Positions 1 through 9,238 of a stretch of DNA of 64,000 nt are shown one piece after another. Location of the stretch: positions 1 to 64,000 of the IMG/VR virus record IMGVR_UViG_2778261440_000004. One strand, written 5' to 3'. Position 1 is the stretch's first letter; each line of letters starts with the position of its first letter. The notes beneath the pieces are model-generated. The model ran no database searches. It was not told where the DNA came from and saw nothing but the letters and a program-made list of their open reading frames with translations. The DNA comes from an uncultured virus (IMG/VR IMGVR_UViG_2778261440_000004) (lineage: Duplodnaviria > Heunggongvirae > Uroviricota > Caudoviricetes). Position numbers and translations under genes: made by a program.

Positions 1-1305
1 ATGAGCTCTTTAGAAATCCCCTTCTATTTGAAGGATCCTAAATCAAACCACGAGACAAAAATATACATTAAGAAAAGTATTAATAGTAAGCAATTTAAAT
101 ATTACACTACTGAGTCGGTAAATCCAGATAATTGGAATTTTCAAAAACAAAAGGCTAAACTTATCGATTCAGAATCATACAGATTAAATGACTACTTGTT
201 ATACTTATCAAAAATAGTATCGTCTAAAATCAAAATATTTAAAAGACTTTATAAAGGAGATGAGATTGACTTTGATCTATTGAGAAAACACATTGATATT
301 GAGATTGAAGATAATCCTTATCAAAAGGATGAAGAAATAAAAGCTGAAATTAAAAATTCTAAAATTTCACTTTTCAGTGAGTTAGATGATTTCATATACC
401 TTAAATCTAAGAAGACTAAAGACGGTAAGATTGATAAAACTGATCCGTATTACAAGAAGTACAATAACGTTAGGAATAAACTTATCAAGTTCAATAAACA
501 CATTGGCGAAACATTGACGTTTGATCACCTTCGTAAATTTGAGATGTATGATTTGATGATGGACTTTCTTTACTATGAAATTGAGAATTCTACCAACACT
601 GCTGGAAGGTTTATCGGTTTCTTTAAAACATTCGTAAAATTCTGCAAAAGCAAGTATGTTAAAGAACTTTCTGATATAGATTTATCTCATTGGAAAAAAG
701 TAACAGAAGAAGCAGACGTTATTTTCTTTGATGAGGAGCAATTAGCATCTATTGAAAATTTTCAATACCCGGAGTTTTCTGCAAAGGATATGTGTAGGGA
801 TGTTCTAGTGTTACTATGTCACACTGGAATGAGATACAGTGATTATGAAAACTTAAAGCCATTCCATATCAAGAAAACCCACATCATAAAATCTTTCATC
901 AAAACAAAGTCAAAGAATAATCTAATTCCATTAGATGGAGTTACAAGAAGAATTATAGATAAATACCTGAAAAGGTACCGTGAAACGGGTATATTCTTTC
1001 ATAAAATAGCATTGAAAAATTTCAGTGAGCTAATAAAGGTGATATCAAAGGATGCTGGTTTAGTAGATGATATTTCCTTAGTAAGGAACTATGGCAAAGT
1101 TAGAAAAGAGTTTGTAGGGCCATTTTATAGTTTTGTGTCGAGTCATATAGGAAGAAGGACATTTATTACGTTGTCCCTACATAGAGGAATGTCAATATAT
1201 GAGGTTATGGACATTACTGATCATGCTGACGCTAAATCACTAAAGCCATATGCAAAAGTTTCTGATAAAGCTTTGATTCGATCACATAAAAATGCTTGGG
1301 ATTAG
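1..1305 (+). CDS. int: Tyrosine recombinase / phage integrase
   Basis: Catalytic motifs TGMRYSD, KTK, SSHIGRRTF, TDH and KPY; N-terminal arm-binding-like region typical of Bacteroidota integrases. Confidence 0.93.
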   Translation: MSSLEIPFYLKDPKSNHETKIYIKKSINSKQFKYYTTESVNPDNWNFQKQKAKLIDSESYRLNDYLLYLSKIVSSKIKIFKRLYKGDEIDFDLLRKHIDIEIEDNPYQKDEEIKAEIKNSKISLFSELDDFIYLKSKKTKDGKIDKTDPYYKKYNNVRNKLIKFNKHIGETLTFDHLRKFEMYDLMMDFLYYEIENSTNTAGRFIGFFKTFVKFCKSKYVKELSDIDLSHWKKVTEEADVIFFDEEQLASIENFQYPEFSAKDMCRDVLVLLCHTGMRYSDYENLKPFHIKKTHIIKSFIKTKSKNNLIPLDGVTRRIIDKYLKRYRETGIFFHKIALKNFSELIKVISKDAGLVDDISLVRNYGKVRKEFVGPFYSFVSSHIGRRTFITLSLHRGMSIYEVMDITDHADAKSLKPYAKVSDKALIRSHKNAWD

Positions 1306-1886
1306 AATTCATTACCATTTGAGTAGAATAGTTTTGTTAGTCCAACTACAGAGTTTACACCTAATTTAGTGTAAATGTTTTTTCTATAAGACCTAACAGT
1401 TTCAGATGATACATTAAGCAAGAACGAAATGTCATTGGAAGACTTATCTGCAAGTATTAACTCTGCTATTTCCATTTCTCTAGCCGATAATTTGTTTAAT
1501 TTACCGGAATGAGCATAATTGAAATACTCTTTACCTTCTAGTACTTCTTTTACTGCATTAATAAATCTCTTATCATCTTTATGGATAACTCCATTTGGCT
1601 TTAAAGTCTCAAGTTTCTTTGTAAAAGAAAATGAATGCATGAATGACATCATAACTATTTTGATATCAGCATTAATTGATCTTGCTAATTCTGCTACGTG
1701 GAACCCATTTTTATTATCGTCTAAGTTTACATCTATCAGAGCGAGTTGTATATCAAATGAAACTAATAAATCATTAGCTTCATTGTATGAATGAGCTGTG
1801 TAGCAGTTTAAATTATGCGTTTTTAAAATACTGGATAATGTATTTGCATAAATTTCATGATCATCAACTATTAGTATGTTATTCAT
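1302..1886 (-). CDS. NarL/LuxR-family response regulator
   Basis: Receiver motifs ILIVDDH, ALIDVNL, MMS, HKDD; C-terminal LSAREMEIAEL...SETVRSYRKNIYTKLGV LuxR HTH. Confidence 0.93.
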   Translation of the reverse strand: MNNILIVDDHEIYANTLSSILKTHNLNCYTAHSYNEANDLLVSFDIQLALIDVNLDDNKNGFHVAELARSINADIKIVMMSFMHSFSFTKKLETLKPNGVIHKDDKRFINAVKEVLEGKEYFNYAHSGKLNKLSAREMEIAELILADKSSNDISFLLNVSSETVRSYRKNIYTKLGVNSVVGLTKLFYSNGNEF

Positions 1887-3408
1887 TGGGTAGTTTTATT
1901 TTTAGTAAGTTGTTTGAAAAAGTAAATGAACCATTCAATGTTTTAACAATTACGTAGAGCGATTCATACTCAAGCGCAGATATTTCAAGTTGTTTATCAA
2001 AGTAGTCTTTTGCATGAATTGAAATATTGATGAAATTCGAACAACTAATATTGATGAATATTTCTTTTGATTGCTCATTTTCAGCAATGGGCATGCATGT
2101 TTCATTTATTATCCAATAACAATATTCCTTTAGCTTTTGTATGATTTTATCAGTTCCTGTACCATGGTAATTTAGCGTTACATGGTAATCATCAAATAAT
2201 ACTTTCGATAGTTCTTCAAGTGAAGATTCTAAACCAAAATCAGAAATTAATGTTGAAGGATATAATTCAGATGCAAGACTTGTAGCTGAGTTCTTAGCAT
2301 TAAGCATCAATTCTTCAAAATTGATTTGACTTCCGGAACTGGTAGCAAGGTCAATGCTAAAAAGAATATCAACTATGTCTTTTCTTAGCTTAGTAGAAAT
2401 TCTTTTCTTTCTAAGGTTTTGAATCTCAAAATTGGCTTGAATTAAACTTTTCTCAGTTCTTCTCTGCTTAGAAATCAATATCCATGAAATACTAGCAAGA
2501 AGTAGAATAAGTAAAATAATGCCTATAGAAGTAATGATAACAAGGTTTTTATTTTTGATCTCCAGCATATTCTTTATTTGAATGGCTTCAAGTTTTTCAA
2601 CCTCTTCTTCCAGGTATTTAAGATTGGCATAATTGGCACCGTTCACACTTTTATTTGAAATAGCTAAGGAATTAGATTTTTTTAAATATTCAATGGCTTC
2701 ACTGTATAATTCCAAGTCTTTCATTATAACATATAGGTTATAATAGTGAGTTTGCGCAAGACTTGGATATTTACCTTCATCAAAAATTAGATTTAGAGAG
2801 TCTATCGGATAAGTTATATCATCACTAAATCCATACATTTCATAAATGAGCGCTATTGAGTTTATTTCAGACTGTAAATAAAGTTTTTCATTATCTGATA
2901 GTTGGAAAAGTAGTTTAGCACTATCAATTTTATCCAGAGCTTTGTAGTAATTCTTTTTGTCTTTTAATATTTGGCTTTCAGTTAGTTTTAATAACCCAGC
3001 AGTATTTATGTCGTTATTTGAAAATTCTTTCTGTATTACCAGATATTTATATGCACTATCAAAAGTTTCATGATCTATATACCAACTTGAAATACATGTT
3101 GAAGATTTGAAAATGTTAATTGTGTCATCCTCTGTTATAGCAATTGAAAGACTTTTCTTAAAATATTTCAATGCTAAAATTGAATCTGTACCTAATAATG
3201 TGATTCCAATTGACCGGTTAATCTTGGAAGATTCTCTGCCGTTTAAATTTTTGAAATGATCATTTGCTGAAATGAATGATTTTACACTTTGTTCTACTTC
3301 GCCAATGCTTCTATACTTAAGGCCTTTGGAGTAGTTTGAGTCAATTGAATCTTGAGTTGACCCAGTAATATGGATCAGTAATAAGATAAAAAGCAGTAAA
3401 TATTTCAT
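1879..3408 (-). CDS. TPR-containing membrane sensor, degenerate HisKA_3/HATPase histidine kinase (pseudokinase)
   Basis: Signal peptide, TPR-like helices, TM helix LVIITSIGIILLILLLASISWILIS, RKKRISTKLRKD in place of ERxRIARELHD, ELYPSTLISDFGLESSL box; overlaps the RR start. Confidence 0.75.
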   Translation of the reverse strand: MKYLLLFILLLIHITGSTQDSIDSNYSKGLKYRSIGEVEQSVKSFISANDHFKNLNGRESSKINRSIGITLLGTDSILALKYFKKSLSIAITEDDTINIFKSSTCISSWYIDHETFDSAYKYLVIQKEFSNNDINTAGLLKLTESQILKDKKNYYKALDKIDSAKLLFQLSDNEKLYLQSEINSIALIYEMYGFSDDITYPIDSLNLIFDEGKYPSLAQTHYYNLYVIMKDLELYSEAIEYLKKSNSLAISNKSVNGANYANLKYLEEEVEKLEAIQIKNMLEIKNKNLVIITSIGIILLILLLASISWILISKQRRTEKSLIQANFEIQNLRKKRISTKLRKDIVDILFSIDLATSSGSQINFEELMLNAKNSATSLASELYPSTLISDFGLESSLEELSKVLFDDYHVTLNYHGTGTDKIIQKLKEYCYWIINETCMPIAENEQSKEIFINISCSNFINISIHAKDYFDKQLEISALEYESLYVIVKTLNGSFTFSNNLLKIKLPNE

Positions 3409-3433
3409 ATGATTAAGAGATATAATTAAGAAA

Positions 3434-3469
3434 AAAACACCGCCAAATATAATATTTTGACGGTGTTTT
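3434..3469 (-). terminator. Intrinsic terminator hairpin after the 97-aa gene; the loop region also holds a minus-strand TATATTTG -7 element (3444-3451)
   Basis: AAAACACCG...CGGTGTTTT inverted repeat with an A-tract on + (U-tract on -). Confidence 0.7.
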
Positions 3470-3473
3470 CTGA

Positions 3474-3767
3474 TTAATCCGGATATGGAGAAGTTGTTTT
3501 AACTCGATCTCCATTTTTCTTTTTAACGATGACTTCAACAGTGTTAGTGTTTTCAGCCTCCACATCAGTAACGTTAACTACATTTACATAAGTTCCTGCT
3601 GAAGAAGCATCATCATCAACTTCATCATATTCAATGGTAAAAACACCATCTAATAGATTTTTACTGATAAAATCATAATTGATATCATCAAGATGTACAA
3701 TAGAGACTTCAATGTTGTATACACCATCTGTCCCTGTAGGAATGAAATTAATGCTTGTGTCGCTCAT
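3474..3767 (-). CDS. Small acidic hypothetical protein
   Basis: 97-aa ORF with its own TATATTTG element (CAAATATA at 3791-3798) and a downstream terminator. Confidence 0.7.
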   Translation of the reverse strand: MSDTSINFIPTGTDGVYNIEVSIVHLDDINYDFISKNLLDGVFTIEYDEVDDDASSAGTYVNVVNVTDVEAENTNTVEVIVKKKNGDRVKTTSPYPD

Positions 3768-3820
3768 GGAAAAATATATTTGATTATGCCCAAATATATC
3801 ATTCTTAGAAAATTCGATCT

Positions 3821-4045
3821 TTATTTTGATGTTAATTGAATTTCTTCCTTTATGACGCTGATTAAATAGTATGCATCTCGTATGTCTTCAGAAGAATTTC
3901 CTTCATAGAATATGACTGAATCAAGCACTGTGTTAAAAGATCTTTCAATATCTTCTTTCGAAAGTTTGTCTAAAAGTCTTTCAGCGAGATCGGGTATTCT
4001 ATTTTCAGTTTGTGCGTTGTTTTCCATGACAGGAGGAATTTCCAC
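3821..4045 (-). CDS. Hypothetical protein (true start possibly ATG at 4028)
   Basis: ORF co-oriented with the repressor. Confidence 0.55.
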   Translation of the reverse strand: MEIPPVMENNAQTENRIPDLAERLLDKLSKEDIERSFNTVLDSVIFYEGNSSEDIRDAYYLISVIKEEIQLTSK

Positions 4046-4068
4046 AAAGAAAAGAGTTTTAATCGCTC

Positions 4069-4094
4069 AAAAACTCCCCCCATTTGGGGGGGGC
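4069..4094 (-). terminator. Intrinsic terminator after the repressor
   Basis: CCCCCC-ATTT-GGGGGG stem with an adjacent A-run (U-tail on -). Confidence 0.65.
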
Positions 4095-4336
4095 TAATCT
4101 TCAACTTTCCAATCTTCTGGAATTTTGTAAGGTCCTTCCCCTGTCAAAAGATAATGTAGGTTAACTGTTGGATATATTTTTTTAAGCTCAAGTAAAAAAG
4201 TCACCTCTGGGTAGTGTTTGTTTTTAACATACCTGCTTATTCTGTCACCTCTGGCATGACCTAACTTTTTTGCAAGAGTAATTTGGCTGTCACCATAGAT
4301 TGTGTAGATAATTTTTAATCTCTCTCCGAATGTCAT
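4094..4336 (-). CDS. XRE-family HTH repressor (CI-like)
   Basis: TFGERLK...SQITLAKKLG...ISRY...P...VNLHYLLTGEG pattern; divergent from the early operon. Confidence 0.88.
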   Translation of the reverse strand: MTFGERLKIIYTIYGDSQITLAKKLGHARGDRISRYVKNKHYPEVTFLLELKKIYPTVNLHYLLTGEGPYKIPEDWKVED

Positions 4337-4368
4337 TTTTCAAAAATTTGCGTGTAATAACAAAAAAA

Positions 4369-4384
4369 TACACAATCATGTGTA
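4369..4384. promoter_or_regulatory. Palindromic operator TACACA-N4-TGTGTA (copy 1)
   Basis: AAATACACAatcaTGTGTATTT between the repressor and the early promoter; recurs at 19831, 30375 and 36440. Confidence 0.75.
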
Positions 4385-4403
4385 TTTAGTATCAAACTAT
4401 GTC

Positions 4404-4411
4404 TATATTTG
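4404..4411 (+). promoter_or_regulatory. Bacteroidota sigma-A -7 element of the early rightward promoter
   Basis: TATATTTG matches TAnnTTTG. Confidence 0.6.
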
Positions 4412-4496
4412 CCAACAACAACAACAATCTGATTAAGCAAAAATAATAATGCAGATCACTCTCAACTATAAAACTCGATCATAAGTATGAATTCTT

Positions 4497-4531
4497 AGGC
4501 CAATTCTATAAACGACATATAGAGTTGGCCT
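4497..4531 (+). terminator. Leader hairpin (possible attenuator) before the first early gene
   Basis: AGGCCAATTCTATA / TATAGAGTTGGCCT 14-bp stem followed by CTTT. Confidence 0.5.
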
Positions 4532-4570
4532 CTTTAAGTTGTGGGTATTAGTGGTCCTAATACTATCTAA

Positions 4571-4822
4571 ATGAAAGAACATAAATCTGAAATTGTAGCT
4601 GGTTTCCCAGGAGAAAACTTCTACATCAGCGAAAATGAAAGTAAACTTTTAAAACAAGTTATTACTAAAGAAGACAGGTTGTCTATATCACATCAAGTTG
4701 GATACTCTTCTGAATTGGTAAGGCTGATAATACATCGTGAAAGGAAAGTGACTAAAAAGAACTACCCAGCCTTAGAAATAATGAGAAACAAAGCTAAAAT
4801 AGGGAATCATGGAGTCAAGTAA
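4571..4822 (+). CDS. Putative Cro-like DNA-binding protein
   Basis: First early gene; HTH-like ISHQVGYSSELVRLII. Confidence 0.5.
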   Translation: MKEHKSEIVAGFPGENFYISENESKLLKQVITKEDRLSISHQVGYSSELVRLIIHRERKVTKKNYPALEIMRNKAKIGNHGVK

Positions 4823-5093
4823 ATTAATTGTCATTACACCTGATCAACTAAAAAATATAATTAATGAGTGTATAGAATCACATGCAAATACTTCTAATGT
4901 TAAATCAGAAGAAATAGTAACGTATGGTTATTCTGACTTACAGCGAATTTTTTCTTGTTCAGAAAGACATGCTAAGGGTTTTAGGAATAAAATTCCTTTT
5001 GTAAAAGATGGTAAAAAGGTTTTGTTTTTGCGAAAAGACGTTGAAGCATACCTTAAAAACAACACGGTGAACTTACAAAGTCACAATTCATAG
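4809..5093 (+). CDS. HTH_17 / excisionase-like protein
   Basis: IPFVKDGKKVLFLRKDVEAYL winged-HTH motif; VITPDQLKNII N-terminus. Confidence 0.75.
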   Translation: MESSKLIVITPDQLKNIINECIESHANTSNVKSEEIVTYGYSDLQRIFSCSERHAKGFRNKIPFVKDGKKVLFLRKDVEAYLKNNTVNLQSHNS

Positions 5094-5136
5094 GTCAATA
5101 ACATTAAAATGTCTCTTAACTATAAATCTCAATAAT

Positions 5137-5679
5137 ATGTCAAAAGAAAAACAAGTTCCAATTTTATTAGGAACAGAATTGTCAGGAATTCAAAATATCA
5201 ACAGAAATGATATTGATAACATTAAACTATCGTGGGTCGATAAAATTAACAACGGTGAATGTAGAGCTGCTGAGTTATATACGGCTATTACTATCATTAA
5301 TGAAGTCTTTAATGGACAAGGTTCCGGTAAGTATAAAAAACCTGGGGTAAAAGACCTCATCAAGGACCAATTGTTAGATGAGGTAGCTAATGATAAATCT
5401 TTAACCATTGGACGTTTTAAATTTTCTTCAAAAGAAACCGGTGTAAAGTATGATTATAGCCATGATCCTGTTTGGAATGATCTGAATGAAAAAATTGAAA
5501 ATCTCAAAAGTCAGATTAAAGCACGAGAAGAAAGGCTAAAAACAGCAGTTAAGCCAGACTTAATGAGAGGTATTGAAGCTGTAACGGAATTAGATCCTAA
5601 TACCGGTGAAGTTTTTGAAGTACTTCCTCCTTCAAAAACTAGTACTACATCACCATCTGTTGAATATGTTAAACAATAA
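5137..5679 (+). CDS. Phage hypothetical protein (recombination module)
   Basis: ETGVKYDYS motif, coiled coil; lies before the AAA ATPase. Confidence 0.6.
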   Translation: MSKEKQVPILLGTELSGIQNINRNDIDNIKLSWVDKINNGECRAAELYTAITIINEVFNGQGSGKYKKPGVKDLIKDQLLDEVANDKSLTIGRFKFSSKETGVKYDYSHDPVWNDLNEKIENLKSQIKAREERLKTAVKPDLMRGIEAVTELDPNTGEVFEVLPPSKTSTTSPSVEYVKQ

Positions 5680-5691
5680 TTCACTTTCCTT

Positions 5692-6768
5692 ATGTATAGT
5701 TTAGTAATGGAAGATGAGGCTTTTGAAATCGGAAGTATCATCACTATAATATTTGGTGAGCCGGGTATGGCAAAAACATCTCTCGCTTATACATCGAAGG
5801 AACCATTGTTATTGGACTTTGATAAAGGAGCACATAGGGCTATTGGTAGAAAAAATACAATTGTAATTAGTAAGTGGGAAGATGTTGATCTTCTACTTAC
5901 AGATATTGAGAAAGGCAATCTACCGATTAATCCACAAACATTAATAATTGATACTGCCGGAACTATGCTTGACGACTTTATTGCCAAATACGTAATAAAG
6001 AATGATTTCAAGAATAGAAAAAAAGCTGGTGAAATTTCACTTCAAGGTTATGGAGCATTGAAAAATGTTGCTAATCAGTTTTTCAGCCGTGTAAAGTCAT
6101 TAAATGTTGATTTAATATTTATATGCCACACAGAACAATTCAAGGATGGAGATGAGGTTAAGCATAGACCTAAAATGACTGGAGGCTCTTATGATATACT
6201 TATTGCCAAAGCTGACATGGTTGGTTATATGGAATCTAAAAACAATAAGAGGACTCTCAATTTTAATCCAACTGATAGGCATATAGGAAAGAATACTGCT
6301 GAATTACCAATGCTTGAAATTCCTCATTACAATGATGCTTCTTTCCAAGGCTACATGGAAAAATTAATCCAGCAAACAAAAAACAAGATCACTTCAAAAA
6401 ATGAAGCTCAAGAGAAAGCAATTAAAGAACTTAATAAGTACAAAATTGAGATAAATGAGCTTGATAACGTTGAAGAAGTTCCTAATGAATTGTTTGAAAA
6501 AATTCAACAATTATCACCTAGTTATAAGTTTCAATTGAATACTCTCTTTGAGAAGAGGTACACTGAATTGTGGGAGGCTGAGTTTAGTTCAGTTGAAGAT
6601 TGTGGCGGTTTGAATAAACTATTGGAAAAATTCCCTGAACATGTAATTATCAACTATAAAAAATCATTGAAACCATTATTCGCAAAACGATCTAAGGAAT
6701 TGAATTGTGAATATGTAAAGGATGTAAATGAATACATGCCTTTGGAGGTGAAAGATGACAAAAAATAA
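5692..6768 (+). CDS. AAA_24 / Sak4-like recombination ATPase
   Basis: Walker A GEPGMAKTS, LLDFDKG, IIDT, FICH, ADMVGY. Confidence 0.82.
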   Translation: MYSLVMEDEAFEIGSIITIIFGEPGMAKTSLAYTSKEPLLLDFDKGAHRAIGRKNTIVISKWEDVDLLLTDIEKGNLPINPQTLIIDTAGTMLDDFIAKYVIKNDFKNRKKAGEISLQGYGALKNVANQFFSRVKSLNVDLIFICHTEQFKDGDEVKHRPKMTGGSYDILIAKADMVGYMESKNNKRTLNFNPTDRHIGKNTAELPMLEIPHYNDASFQGYMEKLIQQTKNKITSKNEAQEKAIKELNKYKIEINELDNVEEVPNELFEKIQQLSPSYKFQLNTLFEKRYTELWEAEFSSVEDCGGLNKLLEKFPEHVIINYKKSLKPLFAKRSKELNCEYVKDVNEYMPLEVKDDKK

Positions 6769-7438
6769 ACTGATATTATCCCCTTCCAAAATTGAGCGTT
6801 TCCGCCAGTATATGGATGGGGAGTTCAGTGATTATGTCACAAATGATATGGTCATTGAAACAATAAAAGGAGAGCAGAAATTGACTCCTAAAATGACTTT
6901 TGGTTCAGCATTTCATGCAATACTAGAAAATGGTTCTGATCCATATAATTGGGAAAAAGATCATTTGGTTATTGTAGGTGATGATTTACAGAGTGTTGTT
7001 AAAATACCTAAAAAGGTAGTAGATGTAGCTCTAAAATACCGGGATGATCATCCAAACATGGTTTTTGAAGTTAAGTTGAAAACTTGGCTAGAAATTGGAA
7101 ATCATAATGTTTTACTAAATGGACGTATGGATGGTGTAGAAGGATTAGTCCTGCATGAACAAAAGACTTCTTCAAAACCTCCTAATGTTGATTTTTACTC
7201 AAGAAGTATGCAATGGAGGTCATATTTCTTAATGAGTGAAGGGTCAAATGAGTTGATATACAATTTGTTTAACTATGATGAAACAGATCATCTAGGTGTT
7301 CCATTTGAAATCAAACACATGTCATTTAAACTGTTCCCGTATCCGGAAATGAAAGATCATCTAGTAAGGACCATTTCAGAGCTAATAAGCTTTTGTGAAT
7401 ACCATAAAATCACAGATTTCATTAAGAGTAAGTATTGA
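6755..7438 (+). CDS. PD-(D/E)xK exonuclease-like protein
   Basis: LSPSKI, FGSAFH, GRMDG...EQKT, QWRSY motifs. Confidence 0.72.
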   Translation: MTKNKLILSPSKIERFRQYMDGEFSDYVTNDMVIETIKGEQKLTPKMTFGSAFHAILENGSDPYNWEKDHLVIVGDDLQSVVKIPKKVVDVALKYRDDHPNMVFEVKLKTWLEIGNHNVLLNGRMDGVEGLVLHEQKTSSKPPNVDFYSRSMQWRSYFLMSEGSNELIYNLFNYDETDHLGVPFEIKHMSFKLFPYPEMKDHLVRTISELISFCEYHKITDFIKSKY

Positions 7439-7442
7439 ATTA

Positions 7443-8576
7443 ATGCAGGGTTGGATAGCCATACATAGATCAATAATGGATCATTGGATTGCGCAAAGTG
7501 ATGTAGACTTTTCCCGTTGGTGTAAATTAATGCTGCAGGTAAATCATAAGCCTAAGAAGCATAGGTTAGGTAATAATCTAATTGAGGTAAAAAGGGGGCA
7601 GTCTTCAAACTCTCTTAGGACTTGGGCAGACCTATTTAAATGCTCTACTAAGGGTGTGTCATCTTGGTTTAAAGTTTTGGAAGAAGATGATATGATTAAA
7701 GTTGAAACTTTAGGTTCTGGGAAACACAAGACAACCCTAGTAACAGTGGTTAATTACGACCAATATCAAGATGTTTCGGAAACACAAGAGAAACATAACG
7801 GAAACGCTAAAGATACACTACAGATACACGATGGAAACTCAATGGAATCAGAAAGGAAACTTGAACCGGATACAAACAACAATGGAAACAATGGAAACAA
7901 TGAAAACAAAGAGAACAATGAAACAAAGGAACAAGGGGGTATGGGGGAATCTCACGATTCCCAACACCCTCATTTCATAATTTTTCAACGTTTTCAAAAG
8001 AAAATTAAAGATGATTACAGAACAATTTTGAATATGCCTTCACAAATTACATTTCGTGAATTTTCAAAATTGGTAAGTCAATTCGGAGAAGAATTAATCT
8101 TCAATGAGTTATCAGAATTTTCAAAAAATCATAGTGTTTTAGCCCGTGATAGTGTCTACAGAACTCTTCTCAACTGGTTAAAGAAGGCATCAATCCCAGA
8201 AAATCAAATTGATTTTAAAAACATATTCATATACTATTATTCAAAGTATTCAAACGGTGAGCAATACATCTGGAGCTCTAAAGATGATAATAGTTTGAAA
8301 TACCTGATGGATAAAATTGAAAAATCATGGTCAAACAAAGCTTCTAACGCGGATAAAGAATTTGATCATGAACAAGCCAAGAAGACTTTAAAAACTCTCT
8401 TGGACAGATTACCGCCATTTTATCAAGATAAACTCGATGTGACTTTTTTGAATTCTGAATTCAATAAGATAGCAATTGAGGTTCAAAAATCTAAACAGAA
8501 AGGCCATGAGAACACAAGCATCTCAAGAAAAGCAAAGAAAACAGGTGAACGTAAATCCTTTGTCCCAAACGGATAA
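7443..8576 (+). CDS. Phage replication initiator (lambda O / DnaD-like)
   Basis: GWIAIHRSIMDHW N-terminus, VKRGQ..SLRTWA wHTH, VVNYDQYQ, NNNGNN linker; ATG at 7443 preferred; upstream of a DnaC-like gene. Confidence 0.8.
   Translation: MQGWIAIHRSIMDHWIAQSDVDFSRWCKLMLQVNHKPKKHRLGNNLIEVKRGQSSNSLRTWADLFKCSTKGVSSWFKVLEEDDMIKVETLGSGKHKTTLVTVVNYDQYQDVSETQEKHNGNAKDTLQIHDGNSMESERKLEPDTNNNGNNGNNENKENNETKEQGGMGESHDSQHPHFIIFQRFQKKIKDDYRTILNMPSQITFREFSKLVSQFGEELIFNELSEFSKNHSVLARDSVYRTLLNWLKKASIPENQIDFKNIFIYYYSKYSNGEQYIWSSKDDNSLKYLMDKIEKSWSNKASNADKEFDHEQAKKTLKTLLDRLPPFYQDKLDVTFLNSEFNKIAIEVQKSKQKGHENTSISRKAKKTGERKSFVPNG
7778..7860 (+). repeat. Iteron-like array, putative replication origin
   Basis: RGAWAC-like hexamer at 7778, 7789, 7800, 7811, 7822, 7833, 7844 (GGAATC) and 7855, an exact 11-bp period. 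Confidence 0.72.
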
Positions 8577-9234
8577 GGAGATGAAAGAACAATTCTGGGA
8601 CTATGCTAAGAAATATACGAGTAATACACGCGAAACAAAACTTCGTGTAAATGATGAAAATAAAGAAGTGATCAAAGCTCTGTATCAATACTTTACTAAT
8701 GATCCAGCATTCTGGGATAATAAAACAGTAATGAATGAGCCATCATTAAGGAAAGGTATTTGGCTTGCCGGTAATACTGGTTCAGGTAAAACATTATTGT
8801 TAGAGATATTTTCAAAATATAAGCTTAAGCATGTTCCTTTTGAAATGATTTCCACTCGTGAAATGAATAGAAGGTTCAATTCTAAAGGACATGATGGTAT
8901 AGCTAAATACAGCTATGATTCTGTGAGAACTAATGCAACAAGTATTACTTCAATTAATCATGTTGCATTTGATGATCTTGGTAATGAGGAATCAGAGACA
9001 GTATATTTTAATAACATCATTTCAGTGATGGAACATGTCCTTGATGAAAGATACAGGCATTTTACCAAGCATCAATTAATCACTCATGTAACTACAAATA
9101 TGACTTTGGACCAAGTTGGAGAAACTTATGGAAATAGGATAAAATCAAGAGTTAACGAGATGTTCAACATTATATATCTCGGCTCAAAAGAAAACAGTAA
9201 AGACTACAGAATAACAACAAATTCAAACAATTAA
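8506..9234 (+). CDS. DnaC/IstB-like helicase loader ATPase
   Basis: Walker A GNTGSGKT, FDDLGNE, THVTTN, YGNRIKSRVNEMFN. Confidence 0.85.
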   Translation: MRTQASQEKQRKQVNVNPLSQTDKEMKEQFWDYAKKYTSNTRETKLRVNDENKEVIKALYQYFTNDPAFWDNKTVMNEPSLRKGIWLAGNTGSGKTLLLEIFSKYKLKHVPFEMISTREMNRRFNSKGHDGIAKYSYDSVRTNATSITSINHVAFDDLGNEESETVYFNNIISVMEHVLDERYRHFTKHQLITHVTTNMTLDQVGETYGNRIKSRVNEMFNIIYLGSKENSKDYRITTNSNN

Positions 9235-9238
9235 AATC

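Noticed and set aside
1..1305. Integrase as an integron integrase (IntI)
   Set aside because: It has a long arm-binding-type N-terminus and Bacteroidota phage-integrase layout; I could not see the IntI-specific insertion by eye, and it lies far from the arrays
6755..7438. Cas4
   Set aside because: Lacks the four-Cys Fe-S pattern and sits next to a Sak4-like ATPase, so a recombination exonuclease is more likely
7875..7930. AACAATGGA tandem repeat as an independent element
   Set aside because: A 9-nt period encoding the NNG linker common in initiators, explainable at protein level
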